A DNA stretch of 64,000 nt from positions 96,001 through 160,000 of the forward strand of contig JBKBWQ010000001.1 in assembly GCA_046314355.1 (NCBI GenBank). Direction: 5' to 3'. The position numbers and the translations under genes are program-made. Positions 46,588 through 55,819 of the stretch are shown piece after piece. Source of the stretch: Candidatus Altimarinota bacterium. Its GTDB lineage: Bacteria; Patescibacteriota; Gracilibacteria; 1-14-2-50-48-13. The notes under the pieces are model-generated. The model worked only from the letters and a program-made list of their open reading frames with translations, did not search any database and was not told the DNA's origin. Numbering within the stretch: the first letter of the stretch is position 1; each line of letters starts with the position of its first letter.

Positions 46588-48543
46588 TTATTTTTGAAGA
46601 TGAGGAAGTAGCTTCTCACTTATTTTCTCCGCTATGCCGCGCATACCTACGTCACCAGGGTGCCAAAGTACGCCAGGCATCCAATTGTGTTCATTTGACG
46701 ATGGATGTGAGAGGGGATTATTGACTACTGACGTGATATCAATGAAGTCAGCACCAAACTCCGAAGCAAGAGGTGTCATAATCTGATTGCGAGGTCCTTG
46801 TGCGAGAGTAGATTCCGCCCAGCTGCCGACCATAAGGATAGGAACTTTTATTTCAGCACTCAGAAAAGTGAGCAACGCTCTATAGTTTTTTTCATATGCT
46901 TCTAGTTCTTTAGAAGCATCCGCAGGACTTTCCCGGTTTTCTGCAAGCTGTATCACTATGACATCAGGTCTTACTTTTTTAATGGCATCCTGCTGCAGTA
47001 TATTTAAGTATCCATAGATGACGCCTCCACCGCTCGGCAAATCTTTCCCGGGAATAAGAGGAATGATTGGATGACCGCCTTCACTAACGATCTTTTGAAC
47101 CTGGTGTACATAGTCCTTATCTTCAGTACTTGCAGCCATTCCCCAGTTCCCATCCCAAGAGAGACCATCCCAGTTTGCATCTGCTAAAGGGGGATGAAAG
47201 GTAAGGGAATTGCCAAGAAAGAGTACTCGTTTAGGTCTTGGAATTTGAATACTAAACTCCTCTGCAATTTTTGAACGCAGCTGAGTAATTGCAGCTAAAA
47301 ATTGTGTATTCCACTGTCGTGTAGGAATAATAGGCTCCATATGGGCATAATCATTCCAGCTGTTGATTAGTAAAAACTCTGGAGTTTTATTCGCAAGGTG
47401 CATAGCTGTGATAAACATAGTGCCAAGCTCTTCAAATTCCTCAGGCGATTGACCTGTAATCACAGCTGGTATTTTTGACATATCAGCTACAGGATGCGGA
47501 TCCCATCCTGCCAGTAGGGAAGGAATATATATAATGTTTCTCTGCTGTGTGTTTATAAGATTCATAAACTTCTCCATTACTTTTCTATAATTTGAATAGA
47601 AAGCGAGGGGTTCTGTTTTTTCCATCACACTTATACCTGAATATCCAGCTATGGTTTCAAATCCAAGTGAAGCAAGCGTCTCAGATATAATTATTGGAAG
47701 TCTTTTCTGATAAAAATATTCTTGATATGGTATAGTATTTGGTCTTAATTCCTGCTGTCCTATAGGTCTAGATAAATCAATCTGATAATGACTGTAAGCA
47801 TTCGAAAGCGCACCATTTCTAATGGCATTCTTAATATCGGGAAATACTTCGCGGTATGTTTCTTCATCAAAAGGAAATGTACCAGTAATTGTAGGACTTA
47901 AATCATCCACTGCTATAAGATCGGCGTTTATCGTTGCTTTAAGTGTAGAAAAAAAATCCTTTGTATTCGGCAGAGAACCTCCAGCAATCAGATCTTTATT
48001 ATCAAGAGTTTGTGTCAGAGCATGTATGTTTTTTACAAAGACCACAGGCTTTAGTGTCTTATTCTTTAAATACCCTGAGATGTTCAGATTTTTCTTTATT
48101 TCTTCGACTGTTTCAGAATTTGTAAGATTTGATGCTTCTACAGCTAATGCATAGGAAAAGTTTGGCTGAAGATTTTCACTCAGTTTATTAAAAAACTGCT
48201 TCTCTTCTGCAGCTGCCATATTTGTACTTTGTACAATAAAGAAATCTATTCCTGCATTTTTAGCAGTCTCGATTTCTTTTTTAAGATACACAGTACTTGT
48301 TACATCCTCCTTTGAAATAATTGGAAGCCTCCCGGGATAAGCATTTACTATTGATCCTATCTGAGGTTCAGTACTTTCATATATTGGAGAATAGTATGCA
48401 CCTATTTTTAATGGCAGATTTGCCTCAATATTTGGCTGTGAAATAACATCAGAACGGAACATAGTACCATTTGAAATTATTCCGAACCCTATAAAAGACG
48501 CTATCCCCACAATTCCGAGCAGAAGAGCATTAGTTTTTCGCAT
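46588..48543 (-). CDS. Exported degenerate GH99/WbsX-like domain fused to an SGNH hydrolase
   Basis: Signal/TM; IGAYYSP, EIETAKNAGIDFF, GWDPHP, INSWND; C-terminal VLFLGNSLT, WGMAAS, QLAEN, WHPGD. Confidence 0.78.
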   Translation of the reverse strand: MRKTNALLLGIVGIASFIGFGIISNGTMFRSDVISQPNIEANLPLKIGAYYSPIYESTEPQIGSIVNAYPGRLPIISKEDVTSTVYLKKEIETAKNAGIDFFIVQSTNMAAAEEKQFFNKLSENLQPNFSYALAVEASNLTNSETVEEIKKNLNISGYLKNKTLKPVVFVKNIHALTQTLDNKDLIAGGSLPNTKDFFSTLKATINADLIAVDDLSPTITGTFPFDEETYREVFPDIKNAIRNGALSNAYSHYQIDLSRPIGQQELRPNTIPYQEYFYQKRLPIIISETLASLGFETIAGYSGISVMEKTEPLAFYSNYRKVMEKFMNLINTQQRNIIYIPSLLAGWDPHPVADMSKIPAVITGQSPEEFEELGTMFITAMHLANKTPEFLLINSWNDYAHMEPIIPTRQWNTQFLAAITQLRSKIAEEFSIQIPRPKRVLFLGNSLTFHPPLADANWDGLSWDGNWGMAASTEDKDYVHQVQKIVSEGGHPIIPLIPGKDLPSGGGVIYGYLNILQQDAIKKVRPDVIVIQLAENRESPADASKELEAYEKNYRALLTFLSAEIKVPILMVGSWAESTLAQGPRNQIMTPLASEFGADFIDITSVVNNPLSHPSSNEHNWMPGVLWHPGDVGMRGIAEKISEKLLPHLQK

Positions 48544-48654
48544 GGCTGTTTGTTTATGTATATTTTTCTATCTATTTATAATACTCCTAGTAGGGTCTTT
48601 TTGTCAAAAAACCACATTTGTCATATACTATAGGTAGATTATTTTCTGCCTACT

Positions 48655-49977
48655 ATGTATTCAACAGCGGTTCAAATTGTACAAACACTGAGAAAAAATG
48701 GCTTTGATGCATACTTTGCAGGTGGATTTGTACGTGATTTGTTACTAAAGAAAGAGCATAAGGATATAGATATTGCGACCTCAGCTCATCCAGAGCAGAT
48801 TGAAGCACTCTTTTCTAAGACTTATCCCATTGGAAAACAGTTTGGAGTTATCCTTGTTCAGGAGAGCGGACACACCTTTGAGGTGGCAAGTTTCCGTTCT
48901 GATAGTGGATATTCAGATGGTAGAAGACCAGATTTCGTAACATTTACTACAGCAAAGGAGGATGCCCAGAGGAGAGATTTTACGATTAATGGGATGTTTT
49001 ATGATCCGCTGAAAGAAGAAGTATTAGACTTTGTTGGAGGTAAAAGAGATGTCGAGGCGCGAGTGATAAGGTTTATCGGCAATCCGGTAGAAAGATTAAG
49101 GGAAGATCATTTAAGGCTGCTACGAGCGGTACGCTTTGCTCATCAGATAGATGGACAGTTCGAACCAAACACATATGCAGCCATCAAACAGGAAGCACAT
49201 CTGATCACAAATGTGTCTGCTGAACGAATTCAGCAGGAACTTTCGAAAATATTATTACTCAGATCAAGAGCTAGAGCCTTGGAGGATCTGCAGGATTTAG
49301 GTTTACTTCAGTATATTTTACCAGAAGTAGAGCTTCTTAAAGGAGTCGCGCAGCCAAAAAATTTTCACCAGGAGGGAAGTGTTTGGGATCATGCTATGAA
49401 GTCTATAGATTCACTTTCAGGTGAAGATGCAGAAGATATCACACTTATTTGGGCAGTACTACTGCATGATATTGGGAAGCCTGCAACTTTTTCTGTGGAT
49501 GAAAGGATACGTTATAACGGACATGCTGAAGTCTCTGCAGAGATGGCTAGTGTCATTATGAAGAGGCTTAAATTTCCAAACACATATAGTGAGAAAATTC
49601 AGTGGGCGATCGGGCGTCATATGTCACTTGAGCATTTAAGTGATCCAGACACTCCAGAGATCTCTAGACGAAAATTTATAACTCATCCATGGTTTCCCTT
49701 TCTCCTGGAGCTGCATAAGGCTGATGTACAAGGTACAATTCCTGCCGATCTGCAGCTTTATGAAGACCTATTAAAAATTCACAAAGATATTATTTCATCA
49801 CTACCTCAAGTACTTCCAAAGCTTATCTCTGGCGATGAAGTCATGAAGCTTATGCATGTTGAGAAAGGACCAGAACTCGGAAAAATCATGACTGAAATTA
49901 AAGACTGGCAATTGTTAGGAGAAGTGAAGACAAAAGAGGAAGTACTACAAAAGTTGAGGAAGAGTACTAAAGTATGA
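48655..49977 (+). CDS. cca: CCA tRNA nucleotidyltransferase with HD domain
   Basis: GGFVRD, DIDIAT, EDAQRRDFTIN, EDHLRLLRAVRF, LLHDIGK. Confidence 0.93.
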   Translation: MYSTAVQIVQTLRKNGFDAYFAGGFVRDLLLKKEHKDIDIATSAHPEQIEALFSKTYPIGKQFGVILVQESGHTFEVASFRSDSGYSDGRRPDFVTFTTAKEDAQRRDFTINGMFYDPLKEEVLDFVGGKRDVEARVIRFIGNPVERLREDHLRLLRAVRFAHQIDGQFEPNTYAAIKQEAHLITNVSAERIQQELSKILLLRSRARALEDLQDLGLLQYILPEVELLKGVAQPKNFHQEGSVWDHAMKSIDSLSGEDAEDITLIWAVLLHDIGKPATFSVDERIRYNGHAEVSAEMASVIMKRLKFPNTYSEKIQWAIGRHMSLEHLSDPDTPEISRRKFITHPWFPFLLELHKADVQGTIPADLQLYEDLLKIHKDIISSLPQVLPKLISGDEVMKLMHVEKGPELGKIMTEIKDWQLLGEVKTKEEVLQKLRKSTKV

Positions 49978-50125
49978 GTAACTTTAATAACCTATGCTAT
50001 GTTTATGCTTAATAATTAAGAGTGAACTCTTTGTCCTCTTTTTGTAAATGATGACAAAATGTAATTTATATGCTATAATAACCTATTAATGAGAGACTTA
50101 AAGTTTACAATTTGTGCTTACACCT

Positions 50126-51115
50126 ATGTTTAAGGTTCTCGTTACACGGCAAATACCCGAAAAAGGCATTGAACTTCTGCGAAATGCAGGATTAGATGTT
50201 GAGGTCTGGTCACAGCCAAATCCCATGAATCGCGAAGAATTATATGAGAGAGCAAAAGATAAAGATGCGGTGATTTCTACTGTTGCTGAGAAAATAGATG
50301 GAGATTTCTTTAATGCTTGTCCCTTCATAAAGGCAGTGGCAAACTATGGCACTCACTTTGATAACTTTGATGTGGGAGAAGCATGTGACCGTGAAATTGC
50401 TCTTACATATACTCCTGGAGTCTATGTAGAATCACTGGCAGAGCATGCTGTGAGTCTTATGCTCGCCTTGTCCCGGCATGTTGTAGCAGGACAAAAATAT
50501 ATCAATGATGGTCACTTTAAAAGATGGGATCCGCTGCTCTTTCGAGGTATGGAGCTGAAAGGAAAAACTCTTGGCTTGATTGGATATGGAATGGTAGGTC
50601 AGCGTGTAGCACAGATCACTAATTTAGGATTTGGAATGCATGTTATTTATAATGACTACGAGGAAGTAGAAAATGCACATGGAAGTTTTAGGACTCTGGA
50701 TGCTCTTCTTGCTGAGTCAGATATTATTTCTGTTCATCTACCCAACCGTCCATCTACGCATCGACTCCTAGGCGCGGAACAGTTTAGAAAAATGAAAGAC
50801 AAGGTACTGATCATTAATACGTCACGAGGTACAGTTATCGATGAGCAGGCTCTTGTACAGAACATACGAGGAGGGAAAATAGGCGGTGCTGCTCTTGATA
50901 TTTTGAGCTGTGAAGTACTGAATGTGTGTAATGCAGATGACCATGCAGATCTAAAGAAGCTTCATAATGTAATTCTGACTCCCCAGATAGGAAGCTCTAC
51001 TCATGAAGCCCGCGATGCCATGGCTGAGATGGTTGCGGTAGATATTATTGCAGTGGCTGAGGGAAGGATACCTCAAGGAATCATCAACCCAGAAATATAT
51101 GAATGTTATAGATAG
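50126..51115 (+). CDS. D-isomer 2-hydroxyacid dehydrogenase family protein (catalytic His replaced)
   Basis: GLIGYGMVG, DIISVHLP, INTSRG; TPQIGS in place of TPHIGS; start moved to MFKVLV. Confidence 0.85.
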   Translation: MFKVLVTRQIPEKGIELLRNAGLDVEVWSQPNPMNREELYERAKDKDAVISTVAEKIDGDFFNACPFIKAVANYGTHFDNFDVGEACDREIALTYTPGVYVESLAEHAVSLMLALSRHVVAGQKYINDGHFKRWDPLLFRGMELKGKTLGLIGYGMVGQRVAQITNLGFGMHVIYNDYEEVENAHGSFRTLDALLAESDIISVHLPNRPSTHRLLGAEQFRKMKDKVLIINTSRGTVIDEQALVQNIRGGKIGGAALDILSCEVLNVCNADDHADLKKLHNVILTPQIGSSTHEARDAMAEMVAVDIIAVAEGRIPQGIINPEIYECYR

Positions 51116-51116
51116 T

Positions 51117-51152
51117 TAAAAAAAGCCCTCCAGCATTGGAGGGCTTTTTTTA
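51117..51152. terminator. Bidirectional intrinsic terminator
   Basis: TAAAAAAAGCCCTCCA-gcat-TGGAGGGCTTTTTTTA. Confidence 0.9.
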
Positions 51153-51161
51153 TAGGGCAGA

Positions 51162-51572
51162 TTATTTTCTTTTCTTCTTTTTAGATAATGAAAGGTAAGG
51201 ATCTGCTTTCTTAACAGTATTGGGTGTAATATCTTTTGCCTGATGATATGAAGTTCTTCCAATAAGATACGTAACAAATGCTATCACCCAAAGTAGAAAG
51301 AAGACTCTCATAGATAAAATCGGAATCCCATTGAGACGAAAAATAACAAGCAGCATTCCTAGAATTGAAAACCAGAAGATATGGCTTACCATGGGAACGA
51401 GATTCTTTTTTCTTGTCTTATCAAGACTATGACTCCTCGTATAAATCATAAGTGCGATTGAGACACCTAGGATTGCTAGAAAGAAGATAATAGCAAAAGA
51501 TGCATATTTGAAATCTGGACCTGGATTGAGGTCAAAAAGATACATGGGAATATATTCAAGAACATTGAGCAT
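51162..51572 (-). CDS. Hypothetical membrane protein
   Basis: 3 TM segments; basic tail DPYLSLSKKKKRK. Confidence 0.75.
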   Translation of the reverse strand: MLNVLEYIPMYLFDLNPGPDFKYASFAIIFFLAILGVSIALMIYTRSHSLDKTRKKNLVPMVSHIFWFSILGMLLVIFRLNGIPILSMRVFFLLWVIAFVTYLIGRTSYHQAKDITPNTVKKADPYLSLSKKKKRK

Positions 51573-51750
51573 AGGAGAGGGGTTGGAAATGAGGATAGTT
51601 CTATTATACAGCTCATGAGTGAAGTATGCAAAATTAGCTATGTCTCTGTAAAAAGATTTTAAAAATACTGAAATTTTATGGAAGGTATGGTAGTATAGTT
51701 CCCCATGATTAATTATTATCTCAAGTGGTATTTTTTAAGTAGAAACATCT

Positions 51751-52260
51751 ATGAACAAACCTGAACTTCGAACTTTTTTTGGTAAAAAGCGTGCAGTACT
51801 CTCATCCCAGGAGATAAAAGATAAAAGCAGTAGTATCTGTGAAAAAGTAGTATCGAGCCATGAATGGCAAAATGCTAAAGTGGTTATTCTTTATGAATCT
51901 ATAGGTCAGGAGGTGCAAACTATTCGTCTGCTCTTAGAAGCCATGTCTTCCGATAAGATTATGGCAACAACAGGTAAAAAAGAGAATAACTATGCTTTGA
52001 TTAGCTATCCAGATCTAAAAGAATTACATAGCAGTATTTCTCCTGATCTTATCATACTACCAGCGGTATCCTGTGCAAAAGACGGAAGCAGGCTAGGACG
52101 TGGCGGCGGATATTATGATAAGCTGCTGGCAAGGTTTCCTGATGCATTTACGATAGCTTTAGTCTATGAGAGTCAGCTATCAGATTGTCTGCCTCTGGAA
52201 GCTCATGATAAAAAAGTAAAAATGGTGGTCACTGAAAATAATGTATATATTTCTTCTTAA
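51751..52260 (+). CDS. 5-formyltetrahydrofolate cyclo-ligase
   Basis: KPELR, DLIILPAV, RLGRGGGYYDKLL, EAHD. Confidence 0.9.
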   Translation: MNKPELRTFFGKKRAVLSSQEIKDKSSSICEKVVSSHEWQNAKVVILYESIGQEVQTIRLLLEAMSSDKIMATTGKKENNYALISYPDLKELHSSISPDLIILPAVSCAKDGSRLGRGGGYYDKLLARFPDAFTIALVYESQLSDCLPLEAHDKKVKMVVTENNVYISS

Positions 52261-52328
52261 GAGATACCTAATTGCTATTTTATCTTCTTTCAGTATACTA
52301 AGTTTTGTTTATTCTTTTCGATTGATTA

Positions 52329-53120
52329 ATGCTTTCATTGACTGCTTTTGCTCCTAAATCTCCCATGTTTATCCCGGAGATCAGCGGAGAGACTCTCAAG
52401 GAGGTAGAAAAAACCGTAAATGCCTTTTTAAAACTCTCTATTAAGATTCATGCACTGAATCCTGATTTTCTGGTATTAGTTTCTCCAGATGCACCGCTCC
52501 TTCATAATAGATTTTCTCTTGCAACAGGAGACTTTCTTGCACGTGTATTCTCATCAAACTTGAATCCAAATGATATTATAGAAATTACCACTCCAATTGC
52601 ATCAGGTGAAATTGCAAGTTTCTCTTCTATTGCTATGGAACAAAAGATCCAAATAGACCCATACACTCAGGAACATAATGTTGTGGCAATAGATAATGGC
52701 TCACTATCTCTGCTCTATTATCTTTCAAAGGTAAAATGCTTTCCGCAGACACTGCTGCTAGGTGTATCCGATATGGGAGTATCCAAGCATCAAAAACTTG
52801 GGAAAGCTATATCAGAATGGGCAGATCAAAAGACAGACAAGAAAGTTGCAGTGGTGTCATTTGGCGAGATAGGTCTTCTCAATGAAGAGCACTCATCTCT
52901 TTTTAAGGAAACTCTTGAAAGCGGTGAAATAAGTCCATATATAGAAAAAGGATCTCTTGAGGACGCTGTAAATAGCGGTTCAAATCTTTTTATGCCATTG
53001 GTAGTACTTGACTCTCTTATGAAAAACAATTGGAATACATCTCCAAAATTACATCTTCTCGGTGAAGATATGTATGACCATAAGGGGTTTTACACTGGAT
53101 ATTTTGAACAAACAAATTGA
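52329..53120 (+). CDS. LigB/MEMO-like (class III extradiol dioxygenase fold) protein, degenerate
   Basis: APKSPMFIPEISG, NPDFLVLVSPD, IDNGSLSLLYYL align with family motifs but lack the His residues. Confidence 0.6.
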   Translation: MLSLTAFAPKSPMFIPEISGETLKEVEKTVNAFLKLSIKIHALNPDFLVLVSPDAPLLHNRFSLATGDFLARVFSSNLNPNDIIEITTPIASGEIASFSSIAMEQKIQIDPYTQEHNVVAIDNGSLSLLYYLSKVKCFPQTLLLGVSDMGVSKHQKLGKAISEWADQKTDKKVAVVSFGEIGLLNEEHSSLFKETLESGEISPYIEKGSLEDAVNSGSNLFMPLVVLDSLMKNNWNTSPKLHLLGEDMYDHKGFYTGYFEQTN

Positions 53121-53145
53121 CTAAAAGCCTAAAAAAAGACAGAAT
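53117..53145 (+). promoter_or_regulatory. Putative tig promoter
   Basis: TTGACT-N17-CAGAAT. Confidence 0.5.
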
Positions 53146-53153
53146 ACACCTAC

Positions 53154-53243
53154 GTTAATCTGCCATTCTCACGATATCTGAGAATTCAATCTAAAAAGAT
53201 GGGACTATAATTTCATCTTTAGCTGTGCAGAAGCAAAATTAAC
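53154..53243 (+). ncRNA. Candidate structured 5' leader RNA upstream of tig
   Basis: Outer stems GTTAAT/ATTAAC and TCTGC/GCAGA enclose hairpins ATTCTCA/TGAGAAT and CTAAAAAGATGGGA/TTTCATCTTTAG. Confidence 0.4.
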
Positions 53244-53267
53244 TCATTTATTAATTTTTTCGTCTCT

Positions 53268-54560
53268 ATGGAAGTAACAGTAAAAAAACTTGAACATTCA
53301 CATCTTGAATTGACGATTACTGTGGATAGTATGACTTGGGAAAAAGCCAAGAAATCTGCACTTGAAAAACTAAAATCTCAGGTAAATATTCCTGGATTTA
53401 GAAAAGGACATGTCCCTGAGAAGATACTTCTTGCAAGATATGGTCATGAAATGGTGGAAGAGTATGCAAGCGAAGAAGCAATCAATCTCTCATATCCTGA
53501 AGCGATAGCGCAGGAAAAGCTCCAGATAGTAGAAAGACCACACGATCTTGAAGTTCTTTCAAAGAGTCCTTTCTCATATAAACTTGTGGTTGCTGTACTT
53601 CCAGAGATATCCATCGATGATACGTACAAGACAATGAAAATAAAGAAGGAAAAAGTTGAGGTATCTGACAAGGATGTAGAATCTGAGATTGAAGCACTTC
53701 AGAAGCGGATGACTACCTATGCTGAAGATAGTACGAAAAAAGCAGCTGCCGGAGATAAGCTTACTATCGATTTTGAGGGATTTGATCCAAAGGATGCGAA
53801 ACCACTTGAGGGTACACAAGGTAAAGATGCAGTATGTGTTATCGGAGAAAAAATGTATGTAACTGGATTTGAGGAAGCACTTATTGGAGCAAAGATGGGA
53901 GAGACAAAGGAATTTGAAGTTACATTCCCTGCAGATTATTTTCACGAGCCATTCAAAAATAAAGCTGTGAAGTTTGTGGTTACGGTGACTAAAGTTGAAA
54001 AGCAGGTACTCCCTGAGATTAATGAGGAGTATGTGGAGAAACTTACTGGAAAAAAACAGTCAGTGGCAGACTTCAAAAGCGATCTCAAAAAGAAGCTTCT
54101 AACGGAGAAGGAAAGCGCTGAGCGTCTTAGACAAGAGGATGCCTATCTTGATGAAGCTGTAAAGAAGTATCTTAAAGAGGACCTACCTCATTCTCTTGTA
54201 GATCAGGAGCTTGAGTATATGGTATCTAGCTGGAAAGAGCAGATTAAAAGTCAGGGGATGAAGCCTGAGGAATATCTTATGCATATACAGAAGTCTGAAG
54301 ATGATCTCAGAAAAGAGTGGCATCCAGATGCACACGCACGTGCAGCAAAGAGATTCATACTTTCTCTTTTACTAGAAAAGGAAAATGTAAAAGTCACTGA
54401 TGCAGATATTGAGAAAGAAGTAGATAAGATTGCAGAGAGATTTGAGAATCCAGACCATAAAGCAAAATTGAAAGAAATATATGCAAACAAAGCTACAGCA
54501 AGAGAGCAGATGGAAGGACGGCTTCAAATTCAGAAATTTTTTGATACAATTCTCGCCTAA
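53268..54560 (+). CDS. tig: Trigger factor
   Basis: IPGFRKGHVP ribosome-binding motif; FKBP domain IDFEG...GFEEALIG...FPADY. Confidence 0.96.
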   Translation: MEVTVKKLEHSHLELTITVDSMTWEKAKKSALEKLKSQVNIPGFRKGHVPEKILLARYGHEMVEEYASEEAINLSYPEAIAQEKLQIVERPHDLEVLSKSPFSYKLVVAVLPEISIDDTYKTMKIKKEKVEVSDKDVESEIEALQKRMTTYAEDSTKKAAAGDKLTIDFEGFDPKDAKPLEGTQGKDAVCVIGEKMYVTGFEEALIGAKMGETKEFEVTFPADYFHEPFKNKAVKFVVTVTKVEKQVLPEINEEYVEKLTGKKQSVADFKSDLKKKLLTEKESAERLRQEDAYLDEAVKKYLKEDLPHSLVDQELEYMVSSWKEQIKSQGMKPEEYLMHIQKSEDDLRKEWHPDAHARAAKRFILSLLLEKENVKVTDADIEKEVDKIAERFENPDHKAKLKEIYANKATAREQMEGRLQIQKFFDTILA

Positions 54561-55201
54561 TGGCATATAAAGGAAAAATTGACCAGGTAAAAGAATATGA
54601 AAGTAAAGAGGGGTATGCAAAATATGCCCCTCTTTATAAAAAAGATCAGAATTTTCTCAATACCTTTGATCAGAAGATATTTCTACGGGAAGTGCGAGAC
54701 TTATCAGGATTAAAAATCCTGGATGCCGGATGCGGAGATGGTCGTCTCGTTCCGCTTTTAAAGAAGCGCGGAGCTGCAGATGTTACAGGAATTGATATCT
54801 CAGAGGAGATGCTCGCTGAAGCCAGAAAATTAGGATTTTATAAGGATCTTTTAGTGGAAGATATACGGCAGGAGATGTCCTTTGACTGGGATACTTTTGA
54901 TGCTGTCTTCTGCACACTTGTGATTGTCCATGTCTCAGAGAGAGACCTGCTGAAGGTATTTGACGAACTATTTAGAATCTTGAAACCAGGTGGTACTTTA
55001 TACTTAGGAAATATTGCCCAGCGAAGAGCTCCCATGCTCGAATCCAACGGTGAGAAGTTTTATATTAAATCTTATCAGCATTCAGATAAAAACGTGATTC
55101 AATATCTTGAACAGGCAGGGTTTATTGATATCCGTGTAAGTTCTCAGCAGGAAGAAGGAGTACTGATTGCAAGCCTCATCGTTGCTAAGAAAGAAGTTTG
55201 A
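54560..55201 (+). CDS. Class I SAM-dependent methyltransferase
   Basis: ILDAGCGDG, GIDISEEML, FDAVFC, RILKPGG; TAATG coupling to tig. Confidence 0.92.
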   Translation: MAYKGKIDQVKEYESKEGYAKYAPLYKKDQNFLNTFDQKIFLREVRDLSGLKILDAGCGDGRLVPLLKKRGAADVTGIDISEEMLAEARKLGFYKDLLVEDIRQEMSFDWDTFDAVFCTLVIVHVSERDLLKVFDELFRILKPGGTLYLGNIAQRRAPMLESNGEKFYIKSYQHSDKNVIQYLEQAGFIDIRVSSQQEEGVLIASLIVAKKEV

Positions 55202-55819
55202 TTATTTTCCAAGATCGATACCTTTTCCTTGAGCATAATCAGCAAGCATCTCAGCTAGAAGGGTTTGGATCATTTCATGCTTTTCTGTTTTTGCTATTCC
55301 TCTAGATGCTTCATGAGCTTTCATTGACTGAAGGATCATGTGTTCAATATGTTTTGGATTAGAGGCGTTAAAAAGTGTAACGTCATTATGATCTGAATGC
55401 TTAAGGAGCTGGATCTTTCCTTTGTTGAGTATCGTATTCCAGAATCCTTTTACCTCGTGTGCAATTCCCTCAAGTGTATCATATTCCATACGGATGACTT
55501 TTTTGCTGAAGATATTTGACCAGAAGTAATCTATAACTGCTTTATCCGTAATGACCCAGCAGTCAAAATACCAGAGAATAAATCTAAGGTAGAATCGTAT
55601 AAAGGAACAAATTGCTACTATTCCTCCCACAAGATGTGTGAAGTTATTTGCATGCACGCTACCTGAGAGTGCAATAGGGATCATAATACCTATTAAGACA
55701 TAGAGTATCGCATCTCTTAAAAGGACATACGTATGCACATGAGCCACATATATAATATTTTCTCCTTCCTGAAGATCTCCTTTAAAGACCTTACGTCCAA
55801 GTCGGGTATTATGAAACAT
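55202..55819 (-). CDS. Membrane protein with bacterial PH-like domain
   Basis: Two TM helices then WYFDCWVITDKAVID...GFWNTILNKGKI. Confidence 0.7.
   Translation of the reverse strand: MFHNTRLGRKVFKGDLQEGENIIYVAHVHTYVLLRDAILYVLIGIMIPIALSGSVHANNFTHLVGGIVAICSFIRFYLRFILWYFDCWVITDKAVIDYFWSNIFSKKVIRMEYDTLEGIAHEVKGFWNTILNKGKIQLLKHSDHNDVTLFNASNPKHIEHMILQSMKAHEASRGIAKTEKHEMIQTLLAEMLADYAQGKGIDLGK

Noticed and set aside
49985-50086. Repeated TAATAACCTAT upstream of the dehydrogenase gene
   Set aside because: Only two copies in very AT-rich DNA, one overlapping a -10-like box; cannot be told from chance
51573-51750. 6S RNA upstream of the 5-formyl-THF cyclo-ligase gene (ssrS-ygfA synteny)
   Set aside because: The AT-rich spacer appears taken up by divergent promoters, and no long rod-like pairing is visible
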